The position numbers and the translations under genes are program-made. A model generated the notes under the pieces. The model worked only from the letters and a program-made list of their open reading frames with translations, was not told the DNA's origin and ran no database searches. A stretch of 64,000 nt of DNA from Chlorobiota bacterium (GTDB taxonomy: Bacteria > Bacteroidota > Ignavibacteria > Tepidaquicellales > OLB5): the NCBI GenBank assembly GCA_022616535.1, contig JAKEEM010000008.1:65652-129651 (forward strand). Direction: 5' to 3'. This document shows positions 25,451-36,017 of the stretch, piece by piece. How positions within the stretch are numbered: position 1 is the stretch's first letter; every line of letters begins with the position of its first letter.

Positions 25451-27562
25451 ATGAGAGAAAGAGCCCGAGAAAATAAAGACAGCAACACCGATAAAAGAAT
25501 AACCCTGTTTATATTCGGATTCATTCTTTTAATTGCCGTTATTCTTTATAAGCTGTTTACAATACAAATTATCGATTCAGCCAGATATCAGCTTGCGGCA
25601 AAGAAACAATACGAAAGCAAGATTTCGCTTAAACCGGCAAGGGGGCTTATTTTTGACAGAAAAATGAATGCTCTTGTTTCAAATGTCAACAGTTATTCAT
25701 TTGCCGCGGACCCCAATATGGTGGATAACAAAGATTCTGCGGCAACGATTTTTGCAAATATTTTCGGCAAGGATAAATCACATTATACAGAAAAGCTAAA
25801 TACAAAAAATACATCATTCGTATGGCTTGAAAGAAGAATCGACCCCAATTTTGAGCCATTTGTAAAAGATTTGAACTTATCAGGAGTCATAAAGCTCAAC
25901 GAGCAGCACCGTATATTTAATTACGAAGGTCTCGGTTCGCAGATTATTGGTTTTACTAATATAGATAATATCGGCTTAAGCGGGGTGGAGCTTGAGCTGA
26001 ACGAAATTCTCTCCGGCAAAGATGGCTACATTGTAATGCAGAAAGACGGTCTGGGAAGAAAGCGTCCCGCTATTGAATACCCGAGGGAAGAGCCGGTTGA
26101 CGGAAACAATGTTATCCTTACTATTGATATGAACATACAGAAAATAGTTGAAGAGGAGCTTTCAGCCGCCGTTAATGTAAACAGTGCGCTTGGCGGAAAA
26201 GTTGTTGTTATGGCTGTTAAAACGGGCGAGATACTTGCAATGAATTCAATTTCGCTTGACGGAAGCTCACCCGATAAAATTGCCGTAATAACTGATTTAT
26301 ATGAGCCGGGCTCGACGTTTAAAATCATAACCGCCGCCGCTGCATTAGAGGAGGGGCTGCAGAGCAAAACCGATATAATCGGCACATACGGGGGCGAATA
26401 TATGAAGATACGTGATGCGCACAAGTTTGCAAATATGACATTCCAGCAGGTGATTGAGCAGTCAAGCAATATCGGTATTATTCAGGTTGCAAACGCACTT
26501 GGCAAGGAAAGGTTCTATAAATACGCAAGGGATTTCGGGTGCGGCATTTCAACTGGTATAGATTTGCCCGGTGAAATGAAGGGAAGGTTAAAGCGTCCCG
26601 TTGAGTTTTCGCCTGTTTCGTTAGACTATATGTCGATTGGCTATGAAGTTTTAGTTAATGCCTTGCAGATGACAAACGCATATGCCTGTGTTGCAAACGG
26701 GGGAATGATGATGAAGCCGTTTATGGTAAGAAGGATACTTTCACCCGACGGCAAAGTTATAAAGGAAAATCATCCGACTGAGATAAGAAACGTTATTTCA
26801 AATACTACGGCACGGACATTGACCGAGCTTTTGATTGGAGTTGTCGAACGCGGAACAGGGGTAGATGCTAAAATAGATAACATTAAAATTGCAGGTAAAA
26901 CCGGCACCTCGCAAAAGCTTGTTGAAGGCGAGTATTCAAAAAGCCAATATACTTCTTCGTTTGTAGGATACTTTCCGGCAGAAAATCCTCAAATTGTTGT
27001 TTTGGTAATTATCGATGCACCTGCTTCGGGTGAATATTACGGGGGAAAGGTTGCTGCGCCGATATTCAGGAATATTGCAAAAAGAATTATAGATTTAACA
27101 GGGCTGCATGAGTACTCAGCTCCGGATTACATGGCTTCAAATGTGGTTTTAGCAGGCAATATTCAGCAATATCAGCCGCTTGGAAACAATAATTTTAATC
27201 TGGTAAACTTTGATATTGCTGACGCTGTTAAAATTTTAAATGAGAAGGAAATTGAATTTGTAATCGAAGGCGCAAGGAAAAATGCAATTGTGGTTAGCCA
27301 AAGCGAATTTACAGATGAAGAGGGCGTTAAGAAAATAAAGCTCGTTACTTCAGGCGGAGGTTCGGTGACTAAGTCGGTTAAGGAGTCAGCTGTAATAATG
27401 CCTGACCTAAGAGGATTAAGTCTCAGGAAGTGCATTAATATTTTATCGTCGCTTAATGCTAATTACAAAATAGATGGAACGGGCAAAGTACTCGCTCAAA
27501 GTCCCCAGCCCGGAGCAAATATCAACAAGAATCAAACAATAATTATCAGCTGCGGTTATTGA
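25451..27562 (+). CDS. ftsI: Penicillin-binding transpeptidase FtsI (PBP3-type) with C-terminal PASTA-like repeats
   Basis: The STFK active-site motif, SSN and KTGT. I prefer the ATG at 25451 (MRERAREN...). The tracked TTG at 25400 would translate the hairpin repeat into a Cys-rich peptide. Confidence 0.9.
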   Translation: MRERARENKDSNTDKRITLFIFGFILLIAVILYKLFTIQIIDSARYQLAAKKQYESKISLKPARGLIFDRKMNALVSNVNSYSFAADPNMVDNKDSAATIFANIFGKDKSHYTEKLNTKNTSFVWLERRIDPNFEPFVKDLNLSGVIKLNEQHRIFNYEGLGSQIIGFTNIDNIGLSGVELELNEILSGKDGYIVMQKDGLGRKRPAIEYPREEPVDGNNVILTIDMNIQKIVEEELSAAVNVNSALGGKVVVMAVKTGEILAMNSISLDGSSPDKIAVITDLYEPGSTFKIITAAAALEEGLQSKTDIIGTYGGEYMKIRDAHKFANMTFQQVIEQSSNIGIIQVANALGKERFYKYARDFGCGISTGIDLPGEMKGRLKRPVEFSPVSLDYMSIGYEVLVNALQMTNAYACVANGGMMMKPFMVRRILSPDGKVIKENHPTEIRNVISNTTARTLTELLIGVVERGTGVDAKIDNIKIAGKTGTSQKLVEGEYSKSQYTSSFVGYFPAENPQIVVLVIIDAPASGEYYGGKVAAPIFRNIAKRIIDLTGLHEYSAPDYMASNVVLAGNIQQYQPLGNNNFNLVNFDIADAVKILNEKEIEFVIEGARKNAIVVSQSEFTDEEGVKKIKLVTSGGGSVTKSVKESAVIMPDLRGLSLRKCINILSSLNANYKIDGTGKVLAQSPQPGANINKNQTIIISCGY

Positions 27563-27574
27563 GAACATTTAATA

Positions 27575-29062
27575 ATGAAATTCTCTGAAATGCTTGAATT
27601 CGCAGAAGCCAAGGTAACTGATATTGAATCCAGCTTCGATTTTGAAGTAAACAAGCTCTGCTATAACTCAAATAACGTTGAGCCGAACGATATTTTCTTT
27701 GCAATTAAAGGCTTCAATTCCGACGGCAACGATTATATAAGCGATGCGTTTTCAAGGGGGGCAAGAGCTGTGTTCACCGACAGCGAGCCCGGTATCAATG
27801 ATTCAAGAATTTATAAGGTAAAAGACTGCCGCAAGATTATGGCAGTTATGAGTAATGACTTTTTCAGCTATCCGTCCAGAAAGATGAAAATCATAGGTGC
27901 CACGGGTACAAACGGCAAAACAACCGTAACGAGTTTGATAAATTTCGTACTTCAGTCACTGGGCAAAAAAACAGGACTTATCGGAACAAACGGGAATTAC
28001 ATTAACAAGAGGTATATTAAAACCGAATATACAACACCGGAGTCTGTTGACTTAAATAAGCTGCTGAAGGAAATGGCTGATGAGGGTGTTGAATATGTTT
28101 GCATGGAAGTTTCGTCGCACTCGCTTGCGATGCACAGAGTTCACGGACTTGATTTTGACGCGGTGATTTTCACAAATCTTACTCCGGAACACCTTGATTT
28201 GCATAAAAGTATGGAATTATACTTTGATGCGAAGAAAACCCTGTTTGATTCAATTAAAAGAATAAACGAAAAGGGAAGTAATACGGCGGCAATCTATAAC
28301 TGCGATGACCCGTACGGCGATAGGATTGTAAGCGGTTCCCAGGCAGAAAGAATTGCCTACGGCTTCGGATGCGGAGCATACAGCGGCAAAAACCTAAAAA
28401 TGGATTTTGACGGGATGGAATTTGACGTTCTTGTTCCCAGAAACGGCAGTGAAACAGATAAAATCTGTATTGAAACAAAATTAACTGGCAGGTTTAATGT
28501 TTATAATGTTCTTGCTTCGGTTGCATTGCTTAGGTTTTTTAAAATTGATTATAAAGATATTAGAAAAACCATTAGCGAGTTTAACCCTGTGGAAGGAAGA
28601 TTTAATCAGCTGAAATTAAGCAGCGGGGCTGTTGCTATTATTGACTATTCACATACTCCGGATTCATTGCTGAAAGCTGTCACAACCATAAGGGAAATTC
28701 TGGATGAAAATGAATCGAAGAAAAAAGTTATAACGGTTTTCGGCTGCGGGGGAAACAGGGATAAGACTAAAAGACCTGTGATGGGTGAAATCGCCTCAGA
28801 AAACAGCGACGAAGTAATTATAACATCCGATAATCCGAGGTTTGAAGAGCCGATGGATATTATAGAGGATATTAAGGCGGGATTTAAAAAGGATAACTAT
28901 ACAATCATAGAAAACAGGGAGCAGGCAATTAAAAAAGCCGTTGAGACGAGCAAAAAAGGAGATGTTATTTTAATTGCCGGCAAAGGGCATGAGGATTACC
29001 AGGAGATAAAAGGAATTAAGCATCATTTCAGCGACAGGGAAATTGTAGAAAAATTCTGTTAA
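27575..29062 (+). CDS. murE: UDP-MurNAc-tripeptide synthetase MurE
   Basis: GATGTNGKTT P-loop and a DNPR motif near the C-terminus; dcw context. Confidence 0.95.
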   Translation: MKFSEMLEFAEAKVTDIESSFDFEVNKLCYNSNNVEPNDIFFAIKGFNSDGNDYISDAFSRGARAVFTDSEPGINDSRIYKVKDCRKIMAVMSNDFFSYPSRKMKIIGATGTNGKTTVTSLINFVLQSLGKKTGLIGTNGNYINKRYIKTEYTTPESVDLNKLLKEMADEGVEYVCMEVSSHSLAMHRVHGLDFDAVIFTNLTPEHLDLHKSMELYFDAKKTLFDSIKRINEKGSNTAAIYNCDDPYGDRIVSGSQAERIAYGFGCGAYSGKNLKMDFDGMEFDVLVPRNGSETDKICIETKLTGRFNVYNVLASVALLRFFKIDYKDIRKTISEFNPVEGRFNQLKLSSGAVAIIDYSHTPDSLLKAVTTIREILDENESKKKVITVFGCGGNRDKTKRPVMGEIASENSDEVIITSDNPRFEEPMDIIEDIKAGFKKDNYTIIENREQAIKKAVETSKKGDVILIAGKGHEDYQEIKGIKHHFSDREIVEKFC

Positions 29063-30459
29063 TGGATTTAGGGCTTGAAGATTTAAGGAGATTAAAGAAT
29101 GCAGAGATTATAAATTCAGGTATTATTGAAAGAGTCAAGTTTTCCGGTGTATCAATAGATTCAAGAAAATGTAAAGCGGGTGATTTGTTCTTTCCAATCA
29201 AGGGAGAAAGATTTAACGGACACGACTTTGTAGCAGAAGTGATAAAAAAAGGATGCAAATGTGCTGTAGTAAATAAAAATTGGTTTAAAAGGTTTAGAAA
29301 TAAAAATAACCGTTCTTTAAAAAAAACCGCATTTGTTCTGACTGATGATACGGTAAAAACGCTGGGTGAGGCGGCAAATATATACCGAAGAAAGTTCATA
29401 ATTCCCTTTATTGCAATCGGGGGAAGCAACGGAAAGACATCAGCAAAGGATTTTATAGGGTATGTTCTTTCGAAGAAATACAAAGTTCTTAAAACCGAAG
29501 GCAATTTGAATAATGAATTAGGCGTTCCGCTGACACTGTTTAAGCTGAATAAAAGCCACGAAATTGCAGTAATCGAAGTCGGAATGAATCATTTCGGTGA
29601 GATTGAACGTTTATGCAGGATTGTGATGCCCCAGTTCGGGCTTGTGACAAATATAGGCAAAGAGCATCTTGAATTTGTGAAAAGTTTACATGGGGCTGCA
29701 AAAGCCGAAGGTGAACTTGTTGAGCATCTTAAAGAAATTTACGGGATGTTCTTTCTGAACGCAGATGATAAATATTTAAGCGGTATGGTTGAAAAAGATA
29801 AGCTCAATATGTTTTCGTATGCGACAAATGCAAAAGCGGATGTAAAGGGAAGGGTAAGAAAATTCAAGGGTTTTTTTCCTGAAGTAGAAATTAAATACGG
29901 AAGTAAAATTATACGCACAGTATTAAATACTATCGGATACCAAAGCTTTCAGGCGGCGCTGAGCGCTGCAGCCGTGGGGTTTTACTTTGAAGTACCTGCC
30001 GGCGTGATAAAGAAAGCGATTTCGGAGTATAAGCTGGAGTCTTCCAAGCGCAATCAGCTTATAAATTCAAAAGGGGTGTGGATAATCGATGATACATATA
30101 ACTCAAACCCCGATTCGGTTATTGCAGCACTCGAAAATCTGAATGCATACAAGGTTAAGGGCAAAAAGCATATTGTGCTTGGTGATATGCTTGAGCTTGG
30201 AAAGCAAAGCAAAGCAGAACACAGAAATATAGGGCAGAAGGCTTGGAAAATGAATTTTGAAAATCTTTACACTTATGGCGAGGATTCATACCAGACTTAT
30301 TTGGGAGCAAAAAGGGTTAGAAATAATTATCATTTTTTGGATAAGGAAACACTTTCCGAGTTTCTGAAAGTAACACTGAAAAAAGGGGATGTTGTTTTAG
30401 TTAAGGGCTCACGCGGAATGAAAATGGAAGAAATTATCGAATCATTAAGCAAAAATTAA
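29062..30459 (+). CDS. murF: UDP-MurNAc-pentapeptide synthetase MurF
   Basis: GGSNGKTS P-loop, Mur ligase layout, DDTYNSNP motif. Confidence 0.9.
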   Translation: MDLGLEDLRRLKNAEIINSGIIERVKFSGVSIDSRKCKAGDLFFPIKGERFNGHDFVAEVIKKGCKCAVVNKNWFKRFRNKNNRSLKKTAFVLTDDTVKTLGEAANIYRRKFIIPFIAIGGSNGKTSAKDFIGYVLSKKYKVLKTEGNLNNELGVPLTLFKLNKSHEIAVIEVGMNHFGEIERLCRIVMPQFGLVTNIGKEHLEFVKSLHGAAKAEGELVEHLKEIYGMFFLNADDKYLSGMVEKDKLNMFSYATNAKADVKGRVRKFKGFFPEVEIKYGSKIIRTVLNTIGYQSFQAALSAAAVGFYFEVPAGVIKKAISEYKLESSKRNQLINSKGVWIIDDTYNSNPDSVIAALENLNAYKVKGKKHIVLGDMLELGKQSKAEHRNIGQKAWKMNFENLYTYGEDSYQTYLGAKRVRNNYHFLDKETLSEFLKVTLKKGDVVLVKGSRGMKMEEIIESLSKN

Positions 30460-30470
30460 TGCTTTATTAA

Positions 30471-31580
30471 ATGCTATATTATTTAGCTGAATACATAAAT
30501 AAAGCTTTTAATCCTCCGGGATTCGACGTATTCAGGTTTATAACCTGGCGCTCATCGCTTTCGGCAATTACTGCAATGATTATTTGTTTCTGGATTGGTC
30601 CGAAGATATTAAGACTGCTTAACCGCAGGCACGTTGCAGATGAAATCCGAAGTGACGGCCCGCAGTCACACATGGTTAAAGCAGGTACACCCACAATGGG
30701 AGGGGTGATAATTATTCTTTCCATTGTGATACCAGTGCTTTTGTGGGGTGATTTAAAGAATACCTATATTCTTTTAATTCTCCTTGCAACCGTTTGGATG
30801 GCGCTTGTCGGTTTTATTGATGACTATCTGAAGGTGTTTAAGAAAATGAAGAAAGGGCTTGTAGCCCGCTATAAATTAATGAATCAAATGGGGCTTGGAA
30901 TTGTAGTAGCATGCCTGATTTACTTTTTGCCGGAGTTTGAGAAAATAAACTCCGTTACAACAATTCCTTTTATAAAACAAATTGAATTTGATTTCTCATA
31001 CTTGTACATACCCATAATGGTATTTATAATTACCGCGACATCAAACGCTGTTAACCTAACTGACGGGCTTGACGGTCTTGCAATCGGGTGCGTAGGCATA
31101 GCCGGGCTGGTTCTGGGGCTGATTGCGTATCTTTCGGGTAATGTATTTTTCAGCAATTACTTAAACATTATTTACCTGCCAGGAAACGGAGAGCTTGCAG
31201 TATACTGCGCAGCTTTGGTTGGCGCGTCTTTGGGTTTTTTGTGGTTCAATTCATACCCTGCTCAGGTAATAATGGGCGATACGGGCTCGCTTGCACTCGG
31301 GGGAGCAATAGGAACACTTTCGATTCTGGTTAAAAAGGAGTTTCTGCTTCCTATTTTAGGGGGAATATTTTTTGCCGAGTCTTTATCGGTAATTGTTCAG
31401 AGATATTATTTTAAATACACGAGGAAAAAATTCGGCGACGGCAGAAGAGTTTTAAAAATGGCGCCGCTTCATCATCATTTTGAGCTGCTCGGAATACCAG
31501 AGCCCAAAATTGTTACGCGGTTTTATATAATCGCCGTGATTCTGGCAATTGTAACATTTGCAACATTTAAGATAAGGTAA
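30471..31580 (+). CDS. mraY: Phospho-MurNAc-pentapeptide translocase MraY
   Basis: GTPTMGG, NLTDGLDGLA and MGDTGSLALGG motifs. Confidence 0.95.
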   Translation: MLYYLAEYINKAFNPPGFDVFRFITWRSSLSAITAMIICFWIGPKILRLLNRRHVADEIRSDGPQSHMVKAGTPTMGGVIIILSIVIPVLLWGDLKNTYILLILLATVWMALVGFIDDYLKVFKKMKKGLVARYKLMNQMGLGIVVACLIYFLPEFEKINSVTTIPFIKQIEFDFSYLYIPIMVFIITATSNAVNLTDGLDGLAIGCVGIAGLVLGLIAYLSGNVFFSNYLNIIYLPGNGELAVYCAALVGASLGFLWFNSYPAQVIMGDTGSLALGGAIGTLSILVKKEFLLPILGGIFFAESLSVIVQRYYFKYTRKKFGDGRRVLKMAPLHHHFELLGIPEPKIVTRFYIIAVILAIVTFATFKIR

Positions 31581-31600
31581 TTAATAAATTTTAATTATAA

Positions 31601-32341
31601 ATGAGGAGTAAAATTAGCATGAAATTATTAAAATTAGCCGCAGCCCTGATAGTTGCATTCATAACGTCTATGACTTATTCACAGCTTACCGGTTCAGAAC
31701 TTACCGGTTCAGAACTTACCGGTTCAGAGCTTACCAGTTCAGAGCTTACCAGTTCAGAGCTTAAATTGAAATCAGAAACAGTTGCTGATTTGAGTTCGGG
31801 TTCTTTAAAGCTGAAATCTGCTGAAAGCAAGAGCAGTGAAAATAAAGCAAAGCTTTTTCAAAAGCCGACAAAGAAGATTTACTTCGTTCCCGGGGGAAAG
31901 ATAGGAATGTTCTTTCTTATTGGTGATTATGAAGGACACCAGATGATTTCAATCGAAGCGTTCGGTAAATATATCGGCACCGGGTTCTGGGCTGAAATCA
32001 GCGTTCCGTTCAGATTTAAGACAAGTCCTGCTTTTACGGATATAGGGGTGGATGTAAACGTTATGTGGCCTTTTTTAGGCCCCAAAAATAAAACCGAAAT
32101 TGACCCGTTTATAGGCGGGGGACTCGGGCTTCATTTCATAGGGAGAGACAGGGAGGACTCGGTTAGAACTAGTGTTGCGGCAAGAGCAGGGATGGGTCTT
32201 AACCTGATTGCCGGGGCGGTATTTTTTAAGAATTATGACTTTAACGTTATACTTGAGATAAAATATTTCAATTATTTACGCGAGTTTGATGAGCTGAGAT
32301 ACCAGGGCATCGGTCTGAATATAGGTGTTACGTTTCCGTAA
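31601..32341 (+). CDS. Secreted repeat-bearing small beta-barrel-like outer-membrane protein, unknown family
   Basis: Signal peptide, (SELTG/S)5 repeat, a Ser/Lys-rich linker, then glycine-aromatic strand pattern (GGGLGLHF, GMGLNLIAG) ending GLNIGVTFP. Confidence 0.6.
   Translation: MRSKISMKLLKLAAALIVAFITSMTYSQLTGSELTGSELTGSELTSSELTSSELKLKSETVADLSSGSLKLKSAESKSSENKAKLFQKPTKKIYFVPGGKIGMFFLIGDYEGHQMISIEAFGKYIGTGFWAEISVPFRFKTSPAFTDIGVDVNVMWPFLGPKNKTEIDPFIGGGLGLHFIGRDREDSVRTSVAARAGMGLNLIAGAVFFKNYDFNVILEIKYFNYLREFDELRYQGIGLNIGVTFP
31685..31763. repeat. 15-bp in-frame tandem repeat, about 5.3 copies (cttaccRgttcagaR)
   Basis: Copies start at 31685, 31700, 31715, 31730 and 31745, followed by a partial copy. 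Confidence 0.9.
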
Positions 32342-32393
32342 CAGCATTTTTTCAACAAAGTGAATTTTGGGCTATGGAACGAAAAAATATGGA

Positions 32394-33755
32394 ATGGATA
32401 AATATAAGAGAGTTTCAGTCATAGGTGCGGCAAGAAGCGGAGTAGCTGCAGCAAAGCTTTTTAAGAAAAAAGGATTTGAAGTTTTTTTGAGCGATAGCAC
32501 CGAAGAAAAAAAAATAATTCCGTTCTTTGTAAAGGAAATTCAAACCTCCGGGATAAACGCTGAGTTTGGAAAACACAGCAAATCAGTTTACGAAGCTGAT
32601 TTGATGATAGTAAGTCCGGGTGTTCCGCAGGACTCCGAAGTAATACAAACTGCGCTTAAGAAGGGAGTTGAAGTTGTAAGCGAAATAGAAGCGGCTTCAT
32701 GGTTTTGCAACGGTAAGATTATTTCAATAACCGGAACCAACGGGAAGACGACGACAACGACTCTGATAGGCGAGATTTTCAAGGATGCGGGATATAAGGC
32801 TCTGGTGTGCGGAAATATCGGCACGGCGTTTTCCGAAGTGGTTGAAAGTGCGGATGAGAACTCAGTAATAGCGCTTGAAACAAGCAGTTTTCAATTAGAT
32901 AATATTAAAAATTTTAAACCGTTCATAGCAATATTATTAAATATCACCCCTGACCATTTAGACAGGTACGGCAAGTCATACAGCCGGTACACGCAGTCTA
33001 AAATGAGAGTGACCGAAAATCAGAGCGGGAGTGATTACTTTGTCTATAATTATGATGACGAGGCAACAAGAAACGCAGTAACAAGGGATGTAAAGGCGAA
33101 GCAGTATGTTTTCAGTATGGGCAGTTCAGTTAAGGAAAAGTTTCAAGCGGGGGCATTTGTAGATAATTATAATATGATTTACTTCTATAATAAGGGTGAA
33201 GAAAAAGTAATCGATACACGCAAGCTTAATATTAAGGGACAGCATAATGTGTATAACTCAATGGCTTCTGTAATTGCGGCTCAGGTTTTTGGAATAAAAA
33301 CCGAAAGCATAAAAAAAACACTTGAAAGCTTTGGGGGGGTGGAACACAGGCTTGAGTTTGTAAGGGAGCTGAGTGGAATTAAGTTTTATAATGATTCCAA
33401 AGCGACTAACGTGAACTCCGTTTGGTATGCGCTTCAGGGATTCGATAAGCCGATTGTTTTAATACTCGGAGGAAGGGATAAGGGCAATGATTACCGGCAG
33501 ATTGAAAAACAAGTCAAAGCCAACGTTAAGTATATTGTTGCAATAGGCGAATCAAAACAAAAAGTGTATGATTTTTTCAAAAATATCGTTCCCGTTTTAA
33601 TTGTAACTGATATGGAAGATGCAGTTAATAAAGCGGCATCGGCGGCAAATCGAGGGGAAATAGTTCTGCTTTCTCCCGCCTGCGCCAGCTTTGATATGTA
33701 TGAAAATTATGAGGAGAGAGGAAAGGATTTTAAAAAAATTGTAAGCTCGCTTTAA
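32394..33755 (+). CDS. murD: UDP-MurNAc-L-Ala:D-Glu ligase MurD
   Basis: VSVIGAARSGVAAAKL and GTNGKTTTT motifs. The ATG at 32394 is preferred over the tracked TTG at 32367. Confidence 0.9.
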   Translation: MDKYKRVSVIGAARSGVAAAKLFKKKGFEVFLSDSTEEKKIIPFFVKEIQTSGINAEFGKHSKSVYEADLMIVSPGVPQDSEVIQTALKKGVEVVSEIEAASWFCNGKIISITGTNGKTTTTTLIGEIFKDAGYKALVCGNIGTAFSEVVESADENSVIALETSSFQLDNIKNFKPFIAILLNITPDHLDRYGKSYSRYTQSKMRVTENQSGSDYFVYNYDDEATRNAVTRDVKAKQYVFSMGSSVKEKFQAGAFVDNYNMIYFYNKGEEKVIDTRKLNIKGQHNVYNSMASVIAAQVFGIKTESIKKTLESFGGVEHRLEFVRELSGIKFYNDSKATNVNSVWYALQGFDKPIVLILGGRDKGNDYRQIEKQVKANVKYIVAIGESKQKVYDFFKNIVPVLIVTDMEDAVNKAASAANRGEIVLLSPACASFDMYENYEERGKDFKKIVSSL

Positions 33756-34910
33756 ATGGAAGCAAAAGTAAACAAAATAGATTTATGGATTTTAATACCA
33801 GTCCTGGTGCTGATAACCTTCAGTCTCGGCGTCGTTTACAGCGCTTCTTCGAGCTGGTCTGCTAAAATGAGCGGTGACAGCGGGCTTTTGTTCCGAAATC
33901 ATTTAATAAGGGTGTTAATCGGAGTTTCTTTGATTTTTTTGTTTTCGAGAATAAACTATTTGCATTTGGTTAGATACCGCAAATTGCTGATGGGACTCGC
34001 AATTCTACTACTTATGTATTTGCTGTTTGCAGGAGCTGAAGCGACCAAAGGGGCTGCAAGGTGGATTCGTATCGGGGGATTCAGCTTCCAACCGGCAGAT
34101 TTTGTTAAATATGCCCTGCTCGTTAATCTTGCCTACCTGCTTTCAAAGAAAAAGGATTATGTCAGCAACCTGTATTACGGTTATTTGCCGCTTCTTGGAT
34201 ATGTTTTAATTGTGGTTTCACTTATAGCCCTGCAGCCGAATTTTTCGACAGCGAGCGTAATTTTTATTTCAAGCTTTATGCTGTTCTGGGTTGCCAGGGT
34301 TAAAGTGAAGCATATGGTTATCACCTTCATATCACTCGTTCCTTTTATAATTTTTTATGTTATCTCAAAGCCGTATATAATGAACAGAATATTTTCGTTT
34401 CAGGAACATACAAGCGGCGGCGATACAGGCTACCAGCTTTCGCAGGCGATAATCGGTTTCGGCAACGGGGGGCTGCTCGGCGTTGGTCCGGGAAATTCAA
34501 ATCAAAAAGAGTTCTTCCTGCCGCAGTCATATGATGATTTTGTGTTTTCAATCGTGGGTGAGGAATACGGCTTTATTGGAGTATCCCTGGTTTTATTGAT
34601 GTTCGGGATTTTCATTTTAAGCGGGCTGAAGCTCTCAAAAGTTACACAGGATGATTTCGGCAAGTATCTTGCTTTCGGAATAACGACAATAATAGGATTA
34701 AACGCAATCATAAATATGATGGTGGCAACAGGTACGATTCCAACAACGGGACAGACGCTGCCTTTTATAAGCTACGGCGGAACATCGATTATTTTTAATT
34801 CAATGGCGGTGGGAATTTTGCTTAATATATCCACGCAAAGGCTGCATCCAAAAGGCGCGCTGTGGACGGAAACATTGAACAACGAAGTGATTAACGAGGA
34901 AGATGATTAA
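33756..34910 (+). CDS. ftsW: SEDS-family peptidoglycan polymerase FtsW
   Basis: Ten-TM SEDS pattern with FQPADF, SYDDFVFS..GEEYGFIG and PFISYGGTS. Confidence 0.9.
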   Translation: MEAKVNKIDLWILIPVLVLITFSLGVVYSASSSWSAKMSGDSGLLFRNHLIRVLIGVSLIFLFSRINYLHLVRYRKLLMGLAILLLMYLLFAGAEATKGAARWIRIGGFSFQPADFVKYALLVNLAYLLSKKKDYVSNLYYGYLPLLGYVLIVVSLIALQPNFSTASVIFISSFMLFWVARVKVKHMVITFISLVPFIIFYVISKPYIMNRIFSFQEHTSGGDTGYQLSQAIIGFGNGGLLGVGPGNSNQKEFFLPQSYDDFVFSIVGEEYGFIGVSLVLLMFGIFILSGLKLSKVTQDDFGKYLAFGITTIIGLNAIINMMVATGTIPTTGQTLPFISYGGTSIIFNSMAVGILLNISTQRLHPKGALWTETLNNEVINEEDD

Positions 34911-36003
34911 CAAAATTGTGTTTGCCACAGGAGGCACGGGCGGACACATTTACCCGGCAATAGCTGTAGCTGACGAGATGAAAAAAATAAATGAGAACAT
35001 TGAAATAAAGTTTATAGGAGCAAAAGGAAGGATTGAAGAAAAAATTGTTCCGCAAAACGGATATGAGCTTGAAACAATTGATATAAGCGGCTTTAAAAGA
35101 AGCTTAAGCTATAAAAATATATTAACTGGAATTAAAACTATAAAAGCGCTGGGACTGTCAAAACAAATACTGAAGGATTTTAACCCCGATGTGGTTTTCG
35201 GAACGGGGGGATTTGTATCGGGTCCGGTTTTAAAATCCGCCCGAAGATTGAAAATCCCAATTGTCGTACAGGAAGGCAATTTTTACCCCGGTGTCACTGT
35301 AAAGCTTCTTTCACCGGTTGCCGATAAGGTCATTTTGAATTTCAAAGGCTCAAAGAAATTTCTCAAAAGGCAGGATAATATAGAAGTAATCTCTTATCCC
35401 GTTCGTGAAAACCTTAAGAGATATGATAAAAGCGAAGCATTGAGATATTTCGGATTGGATTCTAACAAAAAAACACTTTTTGTATTCGGCGGAAGTCAAG
35501 GTGCAAAATCAATAAATAGTGCAATAGTCAAGTGTTTTAAAAATTTTGTGTCAGCTGGAGTACAGATTATATGGCAGACAGGCGAGAGTGATTTTGAAAG
35601 CATCTCAAATGAAGTTTCAAATCAAGCCGGCGTAAAGGTGCTTGAATATATAGACGCTATTGATTATGCATACTCAGGTGCTGATTTAGTGCTGTGCAGG
35701 GCGGGCATTTCAACAATTATGGAGCTTGCAAGCTTCGGTTCAGCTGTGATTTTTGTTCCCTATCCCGAAGCTTCGGAAAATCATCAGGAGAAAAATGCAA
35801 GGGCAATTGTTGAAAAAAATGCCGCGGAGATTATTCTGGATAAAGACTTAAATGAAAAGCTTGAAAGCACGGTTTTAAATCTGATAAATTCTAGTATCAA
35901 GCTTGATGAAATGAGGGCTAACATAAAACAGTTTGCAGATGTTAAGGCAGCTTCGAAGATTGCCGGGCTTTTGATTGAGCTTGTAAATTCACTGAAAAAT
36001 TAG
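34903..36003 (+). CDS. murG: Lipid II synthase MurG
   Basis: GGTGGHIYPAIAVA and GGSQGA motifs. Confidence 0.95.
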   Translation: MINKIVFATGGTGGHIYPAIAVADEMKKINENIEIKFIGAKGRIEEKIVPQNGYELETIDISGFKRSLSYKNILTGIKTIKALGLSKQILKDFNPDVVFGTGGFVSGPVLKSARRLKIPIVVQEGNFYPGVTVKLLSPVADKVILNFKGSKKFLKRQDNIEVISYPVRENLKRYDKSEALRYFGLDSNKKTLFVFGGSQGAKSINSAIVKCFKNFVSAGVQIIWQTGESDFESISNEVSNQAGVKVLEYIDAIDYAYSGADLVLCRAGISTIMELASFGSAVIFVPYPEASENHQEKNARAIVEKNAAEIILDKDLNEKLESTVLNLINSSIKLDEMRANIKQFADVKAASKIAGLLIELVNSLKN

Positions 36004-36017
36004 GCACTGAAATTAGA

